A stretch of 51,620 nt of DNA, from the IMG/VR virus record IMGVR_UViG_3300005077_000033, positions 1 to 51,620 of that record, one strand, 5' to 3'. Source of the stretch: a virus (lineage: Duplodnaviria > Caudoviricetes). Shown one piece after another: positions 35,401-45,020 of the stretch. The notes below the pieces were generated by a model. That model worked only from the letters and a program-made list of their open reading frames with translations. It was not told the DNA's origin and searched no databases. Made by a program: the position numbers and the translations under genes. The first letter of the stretch is position 1, and every line of letters starts with the position of its first letter.

Positions 35401-38400
35401 AGTGTCCGTACTGGTGTACAGCCACTGTAACCAGTTATTCGGCTGCATACTCACATCCCACGGCACCATCAGCCTAGGCACGTCAGTCGGAAGTCCCAGA
35501 GTGACTTTGGCATGAGTTGTCATGGTGTTCATGAAATTCTCTATTTCCTTGTAGTAAACCTCGAACGTATCCCGCAGAGGTCCTTCCTCCATATTGGACA
35601 AGTACGTACCAAGCCATTCCTTCAAACTCTCCGGTGACTTCAGCACATTCTTAGGTGCCCGTTCCCTGAGAACCTGAAAGACAGGACTGCTTTTCAGGTG
35701 AGTTTTCCACATGGAGTCTCTGAGCTGGGCTACGTTTGTCTGCATAGCTCGTTGTGCCAGTTCCTCCGGCGGAATACGGGCACCGAAATCCTGCATCCAA
35801 ATTTTAGTCAAAGCATCGGCTGTTTCATCGTCCCCTACCATGCGATACAAATGGGGATGTGGCGGAGTAACCATGCCGCCGCCCGTTGAGTATGACCCAC
35901 TGCGCATGGAATCTGCCATATAGGTACGCAGGCGATTGTACATGTTCCGTTCTGTCCTATTTTCTGGAACTATGCCCTTCTTCACCTTCTCCAGAACGGC
36001 AATCATCAAATTGGTATGTTCCTCATTTGATTTATGAGACTTGCCCTTTAGGATTTCCCACCACTGCATAGATCGTATCTGATTGTTGGTTGCATTGTTC
36101 AACGTATTCAGCATCTGGTCAGCCTGCATACGGAAGATGTGCTGAGACAGTTCGTCTATTTCATCCAAAGGAAGGGAAGCCAGTTCCGCTGTGACCAATA
36201 TGGTAGGATCGTCTATAACCTCATCTATGAACTTCTGATACCCGTCCTGTGCAGCTTTCAGCAGTTCTTCTCTTGTTATATCGGGGGTTATTTCTGTCCC
36301 CCCGAAAGAGGCAAAAGCAGCCAGCACATAGGGATCATCCATATCCACACTGGAAGCGTCAAGCTCGCCGTTGATGATTTTTAGAAGATTCTCTGTTGGA
36401 TTGCCAGCATCGTCAAAGCTCGCCCAAAAATTGAGGTCTCTTGTTGGTTCCGTCAGTCCCGGCAGAACGGAGTGCAGATTTTCAGTAGCATCCTCATACG
36501 CCAACTGAAGTCTAGCTTGGGGGAGGCGCATACGTAGTACGTTTTCTGCCGCCGCCGTTCCTGTCTGATTGACAGCCACCCCAGACTTCCTGAGACCCTT
36601 CACCTTTTCCAGATCGAAAGTCTTCCTGAAAGACGGATCGTGTCTGTGTAGCCACGAACTGGTCAGGATATTCTCCATTTTGGCGAGGTTCGCTCCTGAG
36701 TCTGCAAAAGAAAAATTGATTTCCTTTCCGAGCAGGGCATTGAAGAACACCTCCAGCTGGTACTCATTGTTCATTGTAAAGTGCTTGCCATTCCCGGCAA
36801 GTCGCAAAGAAGCAAACCGTTCGGTTTCCCTGCCGAGGGTGGGAAGAATACCGACATTAGCCAGAAAGTCTCCGATATACAGCTCACCGACTACCATATC
36901 CAGACGTTTAATAAGTTCTTCGTCAGAGATGGTGGCATCGAAGGTCCAGCTGGATACATAGTCCAACAGAACCTTTGCCCTCCGACTTTGGTAGTTGTAC
37001 AGGTTTTCCATAATGCCGTGGTACAAAGCCCACGTATCCAGCATGGCTGTGCCCGTTTTCGCCATAGGATTCATGGCATCCAGAAAGGCCCGCTGTACTC
37101 TGTACCGTAACTTTCCGGTCTCCCTCACGTAGTTCTCTACCCTGCTGTGAATTATGTTAAGCTGGTTCCCTTCCCGGATATTCCTGTTCTGTGTAGCCTG
37201 CTTCAGCTTGGTAGCCCGCCCTTCCAGTGCCTCTGTAGTCTGACCTGTCAGTTCGGTTACCCTATCCGTATATCCCTTCAGGGCATCCGTCAACTCGCCG
37301 TGTGCCTTTTCCAGTTCCTCGCCAGCCCTGCGCACACTGGAAGTAGCGGAAGTAACGATGGCTTTGGATTCATCTTCCGTCATGCCTTCCGTCATCGCCC
37401 GCTCAAATTCATCAAAAGGTTCGTCAACCTCTCCCTTTGCAAGTTTCTCGGCAGCCTCGGCTGTCATTTCCTCCGCTACTTCTCTCTGTGTGAGCTGGAT
37501 CATGATCGGCTCAGGGATGACCGGAGTATTGAGAAGTTCCCTCGTAGACTTAATCAAATCAGAAACCTTCTTGTGCTTTGTATCGTTATACAGATCAGTC
37601 AGAGTTTTCATGACCTGCTTCTGATACTCAACAGCGTCCATCGTTCCCATCTCAAACTCATCAGTCAGGCGGAGTATCTTCTGTTTCGCTTTCTCCAGCC
37701 CTTCGATGGGTTTTCGTACCCTCGCTGCAATTTCCCCCAGCCCTGCTACTGTATGTTCCTTCACCCTTGTATTGGGTCCCGCTGTCAGGAACCGCGAATA
37801 GCCCTCTGAAATATCTTCCAGCTGCCCCTGAAAATCAAGTACATCCTGCTCAGTCAGTGCATTGAGTCTAGCCTGTACCCTTTCTTCCTGTGTGATGATG
37901 TGAACGAGTTCGTCTGCATCCGACACAGCCAGTTCGGACGGATTGCGGGACAGGACACTGGTAAGACTGAACCTCAAATCCCTTGCGTCCTCTGTCCCCA
38001 GCCGTGTCAGTACATCCTCGTCATCCAATATTTTCAGGAGTGAATCAAATAGATTGCCAATAATAACTTCCGGTGATTCATTCCTCGCCATCCCCGTGGT
38101 CATCATCTCCACAATCTGTTTATGGATGGGATCAAACAGAAGATGCCGCTCTGCCGGGGTCAAAACCTCAGCCAGCTGCATAACTGTATCGGAAATGAAC
38201 ATGGACTGCACCATGCGTCCCTTCACGGATTCTCCGCCGAGGGACTTCAAAAGGGTGCCCATCTTGTCTGTGTCTGTGCCAGCCCTGCGATATACCTGTA
38301 AAGCAATTTCTACAGTATCGTCATCTGCCCCCAGCGCACGGAGAGCCGCCTCTACCTTTTTGATGGCGGTTGTATCCAAAGCCTCATACACACGGAAGAA

Positions 38401-41400
38401 TTCCGTATGTATCATCCGGGCACGCAAACTCATTTCCAGTGCAGAACTGAAGTCGGACCAACCACCCGTCCACGATTTATACAGTAACCGGAGAGGGTTG
38501 GTAATGCCTTCCCCCCGCATCCGGGTAAACTCATCCCACATCAACCGGACAGGAAGAAAAGCAGGATGAATACCAGTATAGTCACCACGGATCAATCTCT
38601 GTGCGATCCCCTCTGCTGCACTGAGTTCCATCCTGCTGAAGTTCTCACCAGCTTCTGCCATACTTTCCATGCCTAGATCGCTTGCCATCGCCCCTAGATT
38701 TTTTGACAGATCAGTAAGCTGGGACCAGATCAAACTCATGGACTCGTAGGGTGACCGTCCTGTGACGACAGCGCGAAATGTGCTGTCTATCCAGTTTCGC
38801 ATCGCCCAACGGGGGTTGAAGCTCAGTACCGATTCCACCCACGCATTACGAAAAATGGTTCCCCATGTTTGCAGAGACTTGATGGAGCTGGAAATCAGTT
38901 TATGTTCTTTGAAGAAATCCTCCCCAAAGGCAAGAATAAGCAAATTGTCTTTCATCAATCCGGTCGGTTCGTTTACATTGAGACCACGCAAGGCAGAACG
39001 AATCTTGTCAGAGAACGCACGCATGATTTCATTCTTTTGTGTGGCTATCCATTTTCCTGCCGCCCGTCCTGCTTCCTCTCGTGCAAGAGCTGCTGTCATT
39101 CCTTCGGATACAAACTTGGCAGTAAGTCTCTCAACTTCTGCATTGTACATATCCTGACCAATCTTATTGATGATCGTACCCCAGTTTTCTGGACGGACAG
39201 CCTTCAGCACAGACGCTGCTCTTGCACTCAGATTTTGCTCCCCATGATTGAACAGCGCATCAATGGTAGCCTTGATCCTCTTTATGTGACCATCACGGAG
39301 AGAATACGGAACCAAGTCCATACTGGTGTCCAGATTCTTTTTCAGGGCGTCCACGGTAAGTTCCCCTGCGTCATCTGATACACTGCGAATACCTCGCACA
39401 ACCAGATCAATCACATCTCCGAGATTTCCAGACCCCGCATCTCCAAGTACCTTGTCAACCTGCCGGGTGATGATGAGCATAGCGCTCTGAAGTCCATTTG
39501 TGAGTTTGGTGATGGCAGAAGCTCGTGCCTGATTCACCGTAGCCTTTCCGATATTCCACATGAAGGTGGCGGAACCCTTAATAACGCGAGCTATGATGTC
39601 ATCCGCCTCTGCTTCCGCCGCCTCTTTGAGTACGCGCATGATCCCCTTACCAATTGCTTCTGTGAGTTCTTTCCCTGCCGCCTTCAGTGGGACTTTGAAG
39701 AAATCCAGAGTAATCCAGTTCGTAGGATCAAGAACCATCTGACCTGCAATCTCTGTTATAGGATCAACAAAGTAGTCTTTCAGTTTATAATAGTCGTCCT
39801 GATTCAGGGGTCGTCCCATTTGCATGGAGAGTTCCGTAGCCGCGTGGAGGAAGGCTTCATACTGCTGAGAGTCCACTTCCCACGTGAAAGCGAACGCTCT
39901 GGATGTAGGACCGAAAGTAGATACCTCTAGATCAACTGCCGTTCTCGTGAGCCGATACGCACGATCAAAAAATTCTTCGTACTGGGCGAGCTGTTCGTTG
40001 GTCGGATTGTATATCTCAGGAAAGTTGTGGATATACTCCAGATAGGGTCGAGCCTGCACACGCAAAGATGCCGCCTCGTTCAGAGAATCAGCTGCAATCA
40101 GGCGAGAATATTCCATGTTTGCCATATCCCTCGCCCTCGCTTCCAAGTCCGTCCCCATGGGTGCCTGTACAGGTGCCCCTCCCATATCCAAACCCTGCAA
40201 CCCTCTGATGAGTTCATTGGGGGCTTGAATCTCAGCCAGATTACGCTGGTACATCTCCTGCCAGCGGGGGTCTGCTTCTCTTTCTGCCGCAGCCTGCAAC
40301 CCTCCCGGATCAGAAGTAAATTCAGTCCATGCACTTTCCATGTCCGAAAGAGCCTCGTGCATCCTTGTGTATGAGATGCCGGATATTGGACGAAGTTCCA
40401 GTCTGTCCTGTGCATTAAGAGTTTCCCAGTCTTTCTTTGTAGCCTTCAGCCCGGTTTCCGTATCAAAGTAGGCATATCCCAGTCGCGGTGCCCTTATCTC
40501 TGTGTCGTCCTCTGCGACCATCTGATCTCCATACAGCATCCGTTCGGCGGACATGTTGTAGGGAGCCGCATCTGGCATCGCACTACTTCTCGCATCGGAA
40601 GCCTTGCGCACTGTCTCCCAAAATAAAATCCCCATAAAGTTAACAGAAGTTCTCATGGCAGACCATACCGCCCTGAGCAGAGGTGTCTGCTGTATCTGAT
40701 ACCCCACGTAATTGGGGGGAGCATCCAAGACAGGAGCAATGTCCTCTGTAAAGATTGTCAGGGCATTGTGCGTCATCCCGGCAGGAACGAACATAACCTG
40801 CGCCCCTACTGCGTTGGTGGTATAGAAAGTATTCCGTTCAATCTCCGCTATCTGTTGCAGACGTGCCTGTTCTTCCTCTTTCTTCTTCATTTCCTTTTGA
40901 AGCTGAAGGGCGTAGGCGTTCCTGTACTGCGGAGGAATATTTTCATTGAAGTCCATATTATGTAAATACTGCGACGCGGCTTGCAGATAATTCGCATTAT
41001 CCGTATTCTCTGTGCCCCGTTCCTGCTGGCTTGCCACTTCGGCAAGTCTGCGTTCCTCTGCCCTCTGAATAACACCAGAGGCAAATCCATCCACCAGACC
41101 TCCATCGCCCTGCTCTCCGGCAGACGGATACAGGCTGGCATAGAATCGACGACGATCCTCATCTATGTTCTTCCAGTCCCCTGTCTCCAGTTCGCTGGCA
41201 TAGATCAGGTTATTCAGGGTGGCTTTTTCTTCTGGAACCCCCGCATCAATCATAGACTGGAGAGCCGCCTGTACTTCCGGGTTCTGCGCATAATACTCGT
41301 TACGCATATCCAAATAAGACTGGGTTTGTCCAGTTTCCTGTGTCGGGGTTTGGGGCTGGAGAAGTTGATCGGTGGACTGTTGTCCGTTTCTTACAATATC

Positions 41401-41682
41401 CATCGCGGTTTGGACATCTGTATTAAGTCCGGGGATCGTCCCCTCCAGCACCCCCTGCCGGTTGTAACCCGCCGCCCCTTCGTAGGGCTGACGATGCAGT
41501 TCCTGTTCGGACATGTAGGGGTCTTTTTGTTTCTTGGGAATTACCAGCTGATCTCCGGGATGGAGAGTGAATATGTTCGGGTTGGCGCGCATCAAGACGC
41601 CGAGCATCCTAGAATGTTCGCCGTACAGTCGAGTTGCTATACTACTCCATGAATCTCCACCACGTACTGTGTATTTTCCCAT
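32491..41682 (-). CDS. Giant (3063 aa) internal virion/ejection protein with N-terminal LysM-like domain
   Basis: YTVRGGDSWSSIATRLYG...ANPNI..LHPGDQLVIP; mostly helical; lies between portal and scaffold. Confidence 0.75.
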   Translation of the reverse strand: MGKYTVRGGDSWSSIATRLYGEHSRMLGVLMRANPNIFTLHPGDQLVIPKKQKDPYMSEQELHRQPYEGAAGYNRQGVLEGTIPGLNTDVQTAMDIVRNGQQSTDQLLQPQTPTQETGQTQSYLDMRNEYYAQNPEVQAALQSMIDAGVPEEKATLNNLIYASELETGDWKNIDEDRRRFYASLYPSAGEQGDGGLVDGFASGVIQRAEERRLAEVASQQERGTENTDNANYLQAASQYLHNMDFNENIPPQYRNAYALQLQKEMKKKEEEQARLQQIAEIERNTFYTTNAVGAQVMFVPAGMTHNALTIFTEDIAPVLDAPPNYVGYQIQQTPLLRAVWSAMRTSVNFMGILFWETVRKASDARSSAMPDAAPYNMSAERMLYGDQMVAEDDTEIRAPRLGYAYFDTETGLKATKKDWETLNAQDRLELRPISGISYTRMHEALSDMESAWTEFTSDPGGLQAAAEREADPRWQEMYQRNLAEIQAPNELIRGLQGLDMGGAPVQAPMGTDLEARARDMANMEYSRLIAADSLNEAASLRVQARPYLEYIHNFPEIYNPTNEQLAQYEEFFDRAYRLTRTAVDLEVSTFGPTSRAFAFTWEVDSQQYEAFLHAATELSMQMGRPLNQDDYYKLKDYFVDPITEIAGQMVLDPTNWITLDFFKVPLKAAGKELTEAIGKGIMRVLKEAAEAEADDIIARVIKGSATFMWNIGKATVNQARASAITKLTNGLQSAMLIITRQVDKVLGDAGSGNLGDVIDLVVRGIRSVSDDAGELTVDALKKNLDTSMDLVPYSLRDGHIKRIKATIDALFNHGEQNLSARAASVLKAVRPENWGTIINKIGQDMYNAEVERLTAKFVSEGMTAALAREEAGRAAGKWIATQKNEIMRAFSDKIRSALRGLNVNEPTGLMKDNLLILAFGEDFFKEHKLISSSIKSLQTWGTIFRNAWVESVLSFNPRWAMRNWIDSTFRAVVTGRSPYESMSLIWSQLTDLSKNLGAMASDLGMESMAEAGENFSRMELSAAEGIAQRLIRGDYTGIHPAFLPVRLMWDEFTRMRGEGITNPLRLLYKSWTGGWSDFSSALEMSLRARMIHTEFFRVYEALDTTAIKKVEAALRALGADDDTVEIALQVYRRAGTDTDKMGTLLKSLGGESVKGRMVQSMFISDTVMQLAEVLTPAERHLLFDPIHKQIVEMMTTGMARNESPEVIIGNLFDSLLKILDDEDVLTRLGTEDARDLRFSLTSVLSRNPSELAVSDADELVHIITQEERVQARLNALTEQDVLDFQGQLEDISEGYSRFLTAGPNTRVKEHTVAGLGEIAARVRKPIEGLEKAKQKILRLTDEFEMGTMDAVEYQKQVMKTLTDLYNDTKHKKVSDLIKSTRELLNTPVIPEPIMIQLTQREVAEEMTAEAAEKLAKGEVDEPFDEFERAMTEGMTEDESKAIVTSATSSVRRAGEELEKAHGELTDALKGYTDRVTELTGQTTEALEGRATKLKQATQNRNIREGNQLNIIHSRVENYVRETGKLRYRVQRAFLDAMNPMAKTGTAMLDTWALYHGIMENLYNYQSRRAKVLLDYVSSWTFDATISDEELIKRLDMVVGELYIGDFLANVGILPTLGRETERFASLRLAGNGKHFTMNNEYQLEVFFNALLGKEINFSFADSGANLAKMENILTSSWLHRHDPSFRKTFDLEKVKGLRKSGVAVNQTGTAAAENVLRMRLPQARLQLAYEDATENLHSVLPGLTEPTRDLNFWASFDDAGNPTENLLKIINGELDASSVDMDDPYVLAAFASFGGTEITPDITREELLKAAQDGYQKFIDEVIDDPTILVTAELASLPLDEIDELSQHIFRMQADQMLNTLNNATNNQIRSMQWWEILKGKSHKSNEEHTNLMIAVLEKVKKGIVPENRTERNMYNRLRTYMADSMRSGSYSTGGGMVTPPHPHLYRMVGDDETADALTKIWMQDFGARIPPEELAQRAMQTNVAQLRDSMWKTHLKSSPVFQVLRERAPKNVLKSPESLKEWLGTYLSNMEEGPLRDTFEVYYKEIENFMNTMTTHAKVTLGLPTDVPRLMVPWDVSMQPNNWLQWLYTSTDTELKFKAYREVLTTWKEELLEQMKSGTVRGLIPESQYDLISSVLLDLGVKEKNNAIEIAMNGSNGASLEGLGDIEGALPRTQRVMVDYTEYSQLDQTIKAIYPFWMFTKSSIPMWLDLVTTRPALIAYYERYMQTSRRFAKQAGAVTSEGEVLPSMNGFIPIPGTDTWVDLTASLSIRTIMPDRRMYWHDTDDLNFAQKVTMMLYDTGSYFGMSLPPWITGPLFAVGALDENVVPTSSLVPQANLIPKWVHLWIEEKLSQTSPVLGQTYRRAFSPAQSWEDWAVEEELLKMAMEWMDAGVDVDQVQARVQEALGYRSSVTAYTLSHPETTPEVPYTLAPRRDSEWWMEAERRAFSQNYNTTLIGFFTGIYPKSFTDADARIIQIRTNINMLRDTLNNQIGSAAFGLDPHIEERWKRYTTTKYDTSEGWINNMYGAMRWVRTPEGETPNPQQRREIMAQTIHEENVTNAYHEAKGVAYEQLQARLSTLDIGADSSMYWQIYQDYFAAIAQIEAHPYYVDAYRATTSGYKPRQVIENEMRDLFYRLIRESAPKYEEGDSYESYAERKAQWEQNLQVYAQALGTKFDLILYDYIGGGRGMTMEDLRSGVVQTYLGQDFNVQKFIDGLIRGMTSDSYTDWQKSKDTPLDALNSAWQELYWNPYWDAIGGLSGRERQLAERLFLESHPEPPTPVELAAWVLENYQGRWTLEELVEQATLPDVEIKSIEDRQQAVTGPALVEAEVWNRLASIPPGKTSEVIDYMIALEDKDVESGIDLWYESGGNSSAWSDPADFAKFARALFNALDYLQYPRPSTQQMAEWAEAQNLNDEFNNMVTSSLGDRFFDELALYYRMGTADRRVEYRRNPRIKAYYELRDQWGENFQMWSKWYNQDTYHGGEVIQPSGAVADIIGSSTITPDGMFDTLGDELAIEIENMLTEEEPLSEDAVQFIESTMSRHPEWREFLALVLQANDGLY

Positions 41683-41690
41683 GACCTACC

Positions 41691-41954
41691 TCACGCTACG
41701 TAAGAATCCCAATCATCCAAACTGACATCTTCCGATACTTCTGCCTTCTGTTCTTTCTTCTCTTTCGGCTTTTCCTTGACCTTCTCCGCCTTTTTCTCTG
41801 CGGCATCGTCTGGCTTGTAGAATACCGCCACACAAACAGACGATTCTTTTATCATGGATTCTGGAATGAGCTTGAAACCTTCGGCTTCCAGTTCATTCAA
41901 CTTTTGTTCCGCTGTGCGGATATTGTCAAACGATAACTTTTCAACTCTGTACAT
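41691..41954 (-). CDS. Hypothetical protein
   Basis: GGAGG RBS; Lys/Glu-rich tail. Confidence 0.65.
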   Translation of the reverse strand: MYRVEKLSFDNIRTAEQKLNELEAEGFKLIPESMIKESSVCVAVFYKPDDAAEKKAEKVKEKPKEKKEQKAEVSEDVSLDDWDSYVA

Positions 41955-41962
41955 GCTGCCTC

Positions 41963-42904
41963 CTAGAAAAACAATCTTGAATTTGCAGACCCAAATGCAA
42001 AGGTCCCATCTGACTGCTGCTGCGCATTGGTCAGTTTGCCGGTTGAGAAGAAGGGACGTGCCAGCATGGAAGCCAGCCCGGACATCCCACTCGCCTCCTT
42101 GTCCGCCTTCATGGAAGACAGAGTCGGTTCGATTGCACCTGTACTTTCTACGTACTGCTGTCGTGTCTGTCTCTCGGGACTGCTGGTATCTCGCATAGCA
42201 TCGGACACCAACTTCAAAAAAGAGTACCCGGCACCCATGTCCGTTTCCTGTTTTCCTACCGCTTCCGCAAGACGGGATAGAGCCTGTAGGGTTTCCTCCG
42301 CCCTGAGTACACCCTGATACTGATCCTTCACCTCCGCATCAATACTTCCCGGAGGCGAAAAGTCCAAATTCTCTGGATTGAGGTGAGCAAAGTTTGCCGG
42401 ATCAGCAAGGTAAATAGAACTTACCACCTGCCTTCGGTCCTCTGGTGACAGACTGGGAATCAGCAGGTTCAGCAAAGCCAGCTGCCCTGTAGAGTCATCC
42501 CATGTCTTTGGTTTGAGGGCGGACCACCAATCCGGTGTCTGTGTATACCCGGCATCAAAGGGGGACCAGTCAGGTCCGCTATCTTTATTCTTTCCTCCTT
42601 TGCCTGAGGACGACGGGGAGCCTAGGTATCCAACCCCTGTTCCGGCAGTGTATCCACCACTGCCAGCAGGCACAGCCCCTGTGTCGATAGTTGCCTGTGG
42701 TCCGGTAGGTCCCGGATACAGAACTCCATTAGGATAATCCCAGTTCTGTACGAGGTCCGCCCCGCCACTGTCCGCCCGCACTCCGGCTCCAGTGCGACTC
42801 TGCATGGAGCTTCTGCTGACAGAAGCAGATGACGAGGACGAACGACTGGAAGAAGCAGGACGTCGGATTGTTACTGCTCCGCCTGTAGTAACTGGTCTAG
42901 GCAT
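41963..42904 (-). CDS. Probable internal virion protein
   Basis: Ser/Gly-rich low-complexity N-terminus; structural operon. Confidence 0.6.
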   Translation of the reverse strand: MPRPVTTGGAVTIRRPASSSRSSSSSASVSRSSMQSRTGAGVRADSGGADLVQNWDYPNGVLYPGPTGPQATIDTGAVPAGSGGYTAGTGVGYLGSPSSSGKGGKNKDSGPDWSPFDAGYTQTPDWWSALKPKTWDDSTGQLALLNLLIPSLSPEDRRQVVSSIYLADPANFAHLNPENLDFSPPGSIDAEVKDQYQGVLRAEETLQALSRLAEAVGKQETDMGAGYSFLKLVSDAMRDTSSPERQTRQQYVESTGAIEPTLSSMKADKEASGMSGLASMLARPFFSTGKLTNAQQQSDGTFAFGSANSRLFF

Positions 42905-43119
42905 TATTCACCCCCGGAGTTCTTCCGAAACTCCATACTACGGATAAAGTCTGACACCCTATCCATACCATAGTGGACAGATAATGTCCGAAAGTCGTCT
43001 TCATTCAGGGAGTCATAGAAGCGCATGGAGGGGTCAGCGGAACCCTTCACTGCCCTGTTCCTTGCCGCCTTTGCTGCCTTCATGGTATTCCCTCTCATCC
43101 GTTCTATCATTTCCTTCAT
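42904..43119 (-). CDS. Hypothetical protein
   Basis: Overlapping stop/start codons with both neighbours. Confidence 0.6.
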   Translation of the reverse strand: MKEMIERMRGNTMKAAKAARNRAVKGSADPSMRFYDSLNEDDFRTLSVHYGMDRVSDFIRSMEFRKNSGGE

Positions 43120-45020
43120 TCCATACCTCCGGTCATCTTTGGAGACCTGCTCAGGAGCTTGCGTATCGTGTCCATCGCTGACTGTCCCGGAGGGGCACCG
43201 CCCTGTTCCTGCTGGGAAAGTTCTCCGGTTGAAGACGGCATACCGCCCATAGCCTGCTCAGGGTTCGGCGGTTCCTCCGGTCGCCCCGGCTGTCCCGGAA
43301 CTCCCTGCTGCTGCTTCATCTGGTCGAGAACGGCCTTTGCCGCCTCGTCCCCGGACCTCGCCAGTTCCTCGAAAGTTGACATAAGCATGTATTGCAGCAT
43401 GGCTGGGTGTTGCATGATCTGTTCCTGCATCAACAGGTCCATCATATCATCCGGCTGGTCAATATCCAAATACTTTTCCATGATATAAGTATTCGGAAGA
43501 ACACCACGAACCTGTGTCGCCATCGCATGATTACGGGTCTGGTCGTTGGGAAATTCCGGCTTGATCTTTGCCTTCACAAGGAAGTCATCAAAGTCATCCA
43601 TAATGAGCTGCTCTAAAAAGTCCTTCCCTCTGAGCACCCCATACACTCTCAATACCTCTCCACGCGCATACGACACCGCCAGTTCGATAATTTTGCGCCC
43701 GACCTGCGACCACAACATTTCCAGATGAACCCTAGGCTGTGCGAGCCTGATCCTGTTCTGGTCACTGAGCTGGGACAGGGCATATCCCGTTCCCTCTCCC
43801 ATCCCCGCACCGAACATGACATCAGCAAACCCGGACTGCTGTACCCTTGACCTGAGATATTCAATGTGCTGGTTGACGTCCGGCGGATTGCCCCACCATT
43901 TCGGAAATTCGAGTGACTCATCCGTAGCCATTTCAACGGTATTCCCAAATGCCGCATCGACTGTAACCTTCCTGCCCGCCATTGTCCTGATCTGAAGGGG
44001 AAGTCCTGTGTACCGCTTGATCTGCATATCCCTGCGGTTCACGGCACGTTCCAGCTCCAGCACAGAAGTTTCCATCGGAGACATTATGTTATGTCCCCAA
44101 TCCTCCGGCTGGTCCTTGTCAACGGGCTTGAAGAAGCCGATAGTGTAGGGGAAATTCGTAACCCCGTCCATGTCTACCATATCCCACACAGGGACACCAG
44201 AGAACATCAACCCGTTTTGGAACACCTTTACCTTTTTTGTCTCTCCGGTGGGGACTTCTTCTTCCACGTATTCACCTTCTTCATTAAAAGACACAACGGT
44301 TTCCATCACAGGTTCGTCCCGTTCCACATACCGCCAAATGTCCACCAATTCGCCCATCTGCCGTATCTTCATTTCAGGAGTCAGGTGAGAGAACTGTTCA
44401 AGAGTAGTATCAAACAACCGTTCAACATCGTGGACGGACATTTCCTCTACCCGGAACATATATAACCAACGATAGGGTCCACCGGGCAAAACGAACATCT
44501 TCAGGGGGTTGATTGTCTGCACTCTAATGGGCGGCAAAGAATACCCCGTGTACGTTATGACGGTCTCCGAGTCAGGATCGGGTATCTGGAAGGTTCCCCT
44601 GTACTCGTCAGCCAGTCCGGTGTCCCACACCGTGTACAACACCGCCGCACCGTCCCTCACGAAATTCAGGAACGAGGTGTAGTAAAGGTGTTCTTCTTCC
44701 CTCTCACTTGCTATGTCGATTACCCCGGCAAGAAACTTCTCAATCCGACTTGAAAGTTTCTGGTTTACCATGGACGGATTGTACGAACTTACCTTCCATT
44801 CCACGTCATTTGCCAGAAGGATACCCACCGCCAAATCAACTACGTTTGTAAACGTAGGATCAGAGAACCGTGATTCGCCCGGCTGCGGTTTCTTCGTGTA
44901 ATGTTTGAATTTGTAATACCTGCGCCACCGCTGTATTTGGTCGTGCCACGGCTGACAAAAGCTGCGAGAGGACTGGTACAGCGACAGGATTTCCTGAAAC
45001 TCTTGCTTGACTTCTTTCAT
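43116..45020 (-). CDS. Portal protein (podovirus type)
   Basis: Follows the terminase; about 634 aa; Gln/Pro/Gly-rich C-terminal tail; GGAGG RBS before 45020. Confidence 0.8.
   Translation of the reverse strand: MKEVKQEFQEILSLYQSSRSFCQPWHDQIQRWRRYYKFKHYTKKPQPGESRFSDPTFTNVVDLAVGILLANDVEWKVSSYNPSMVNQKLSSRIEKFLAGVIDIASEREEEHLYYTSFLNFVRDGAAVLYTVWDTGLADEYRGTFQIPDPDSETVITYTGYSLPPIRVQTINPLKMFVLPGGPYRWLYMFRVEEMSVHDVERLFDTTLEQFSHLTPEMKIRQMGELVDIWRYVERDEPVMETVVSFNEEGEYVEEEVPTGETKKVKVFQNGLMFSGVPVWDMVDMDGVTNFPYTIGFFKPVDKDQPEDWGHNIMSPMETSVLELERAVNRRDMQIKRYTGLPLQIRTMAGRKVTVDAAFGNTVEMATDESLEFPKWWGNPPDVNQHIEYLRSRVQQSGFADVMFGAGMGEGTGYALSQLSDQNRIRLAQPRVHLEMLWSQVGRKIIELAVSYARGEVLRVYGVLRGKDFLEQLIMDDFDDFLVKAKIKPEFPNDQTRNHAMATQVRGVLPNTYIMEKYLDIDQPDDMMDLLMQEQIMQHPAMLQYMLMSTFEELARSGDEAAKAVLDQMKQQQGVPGQPGRPEEPPNPEQAMGGMPSSTGELSQQEQGGAPPGQSAMDTIRKLLSRSPKMTGGME

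Noticed and set aside
33257-41652. Many antisense and alternate-frame ORFs inside the giant gene and other long genes
   Set aside because: Shadow ORFs without RBS or motifs
32491-41682. N4- or crAss-like virion RNA polymerase
   Set aside because: Size is suggestive, but no DxDGD or T7-type polymerase motifs were recognised
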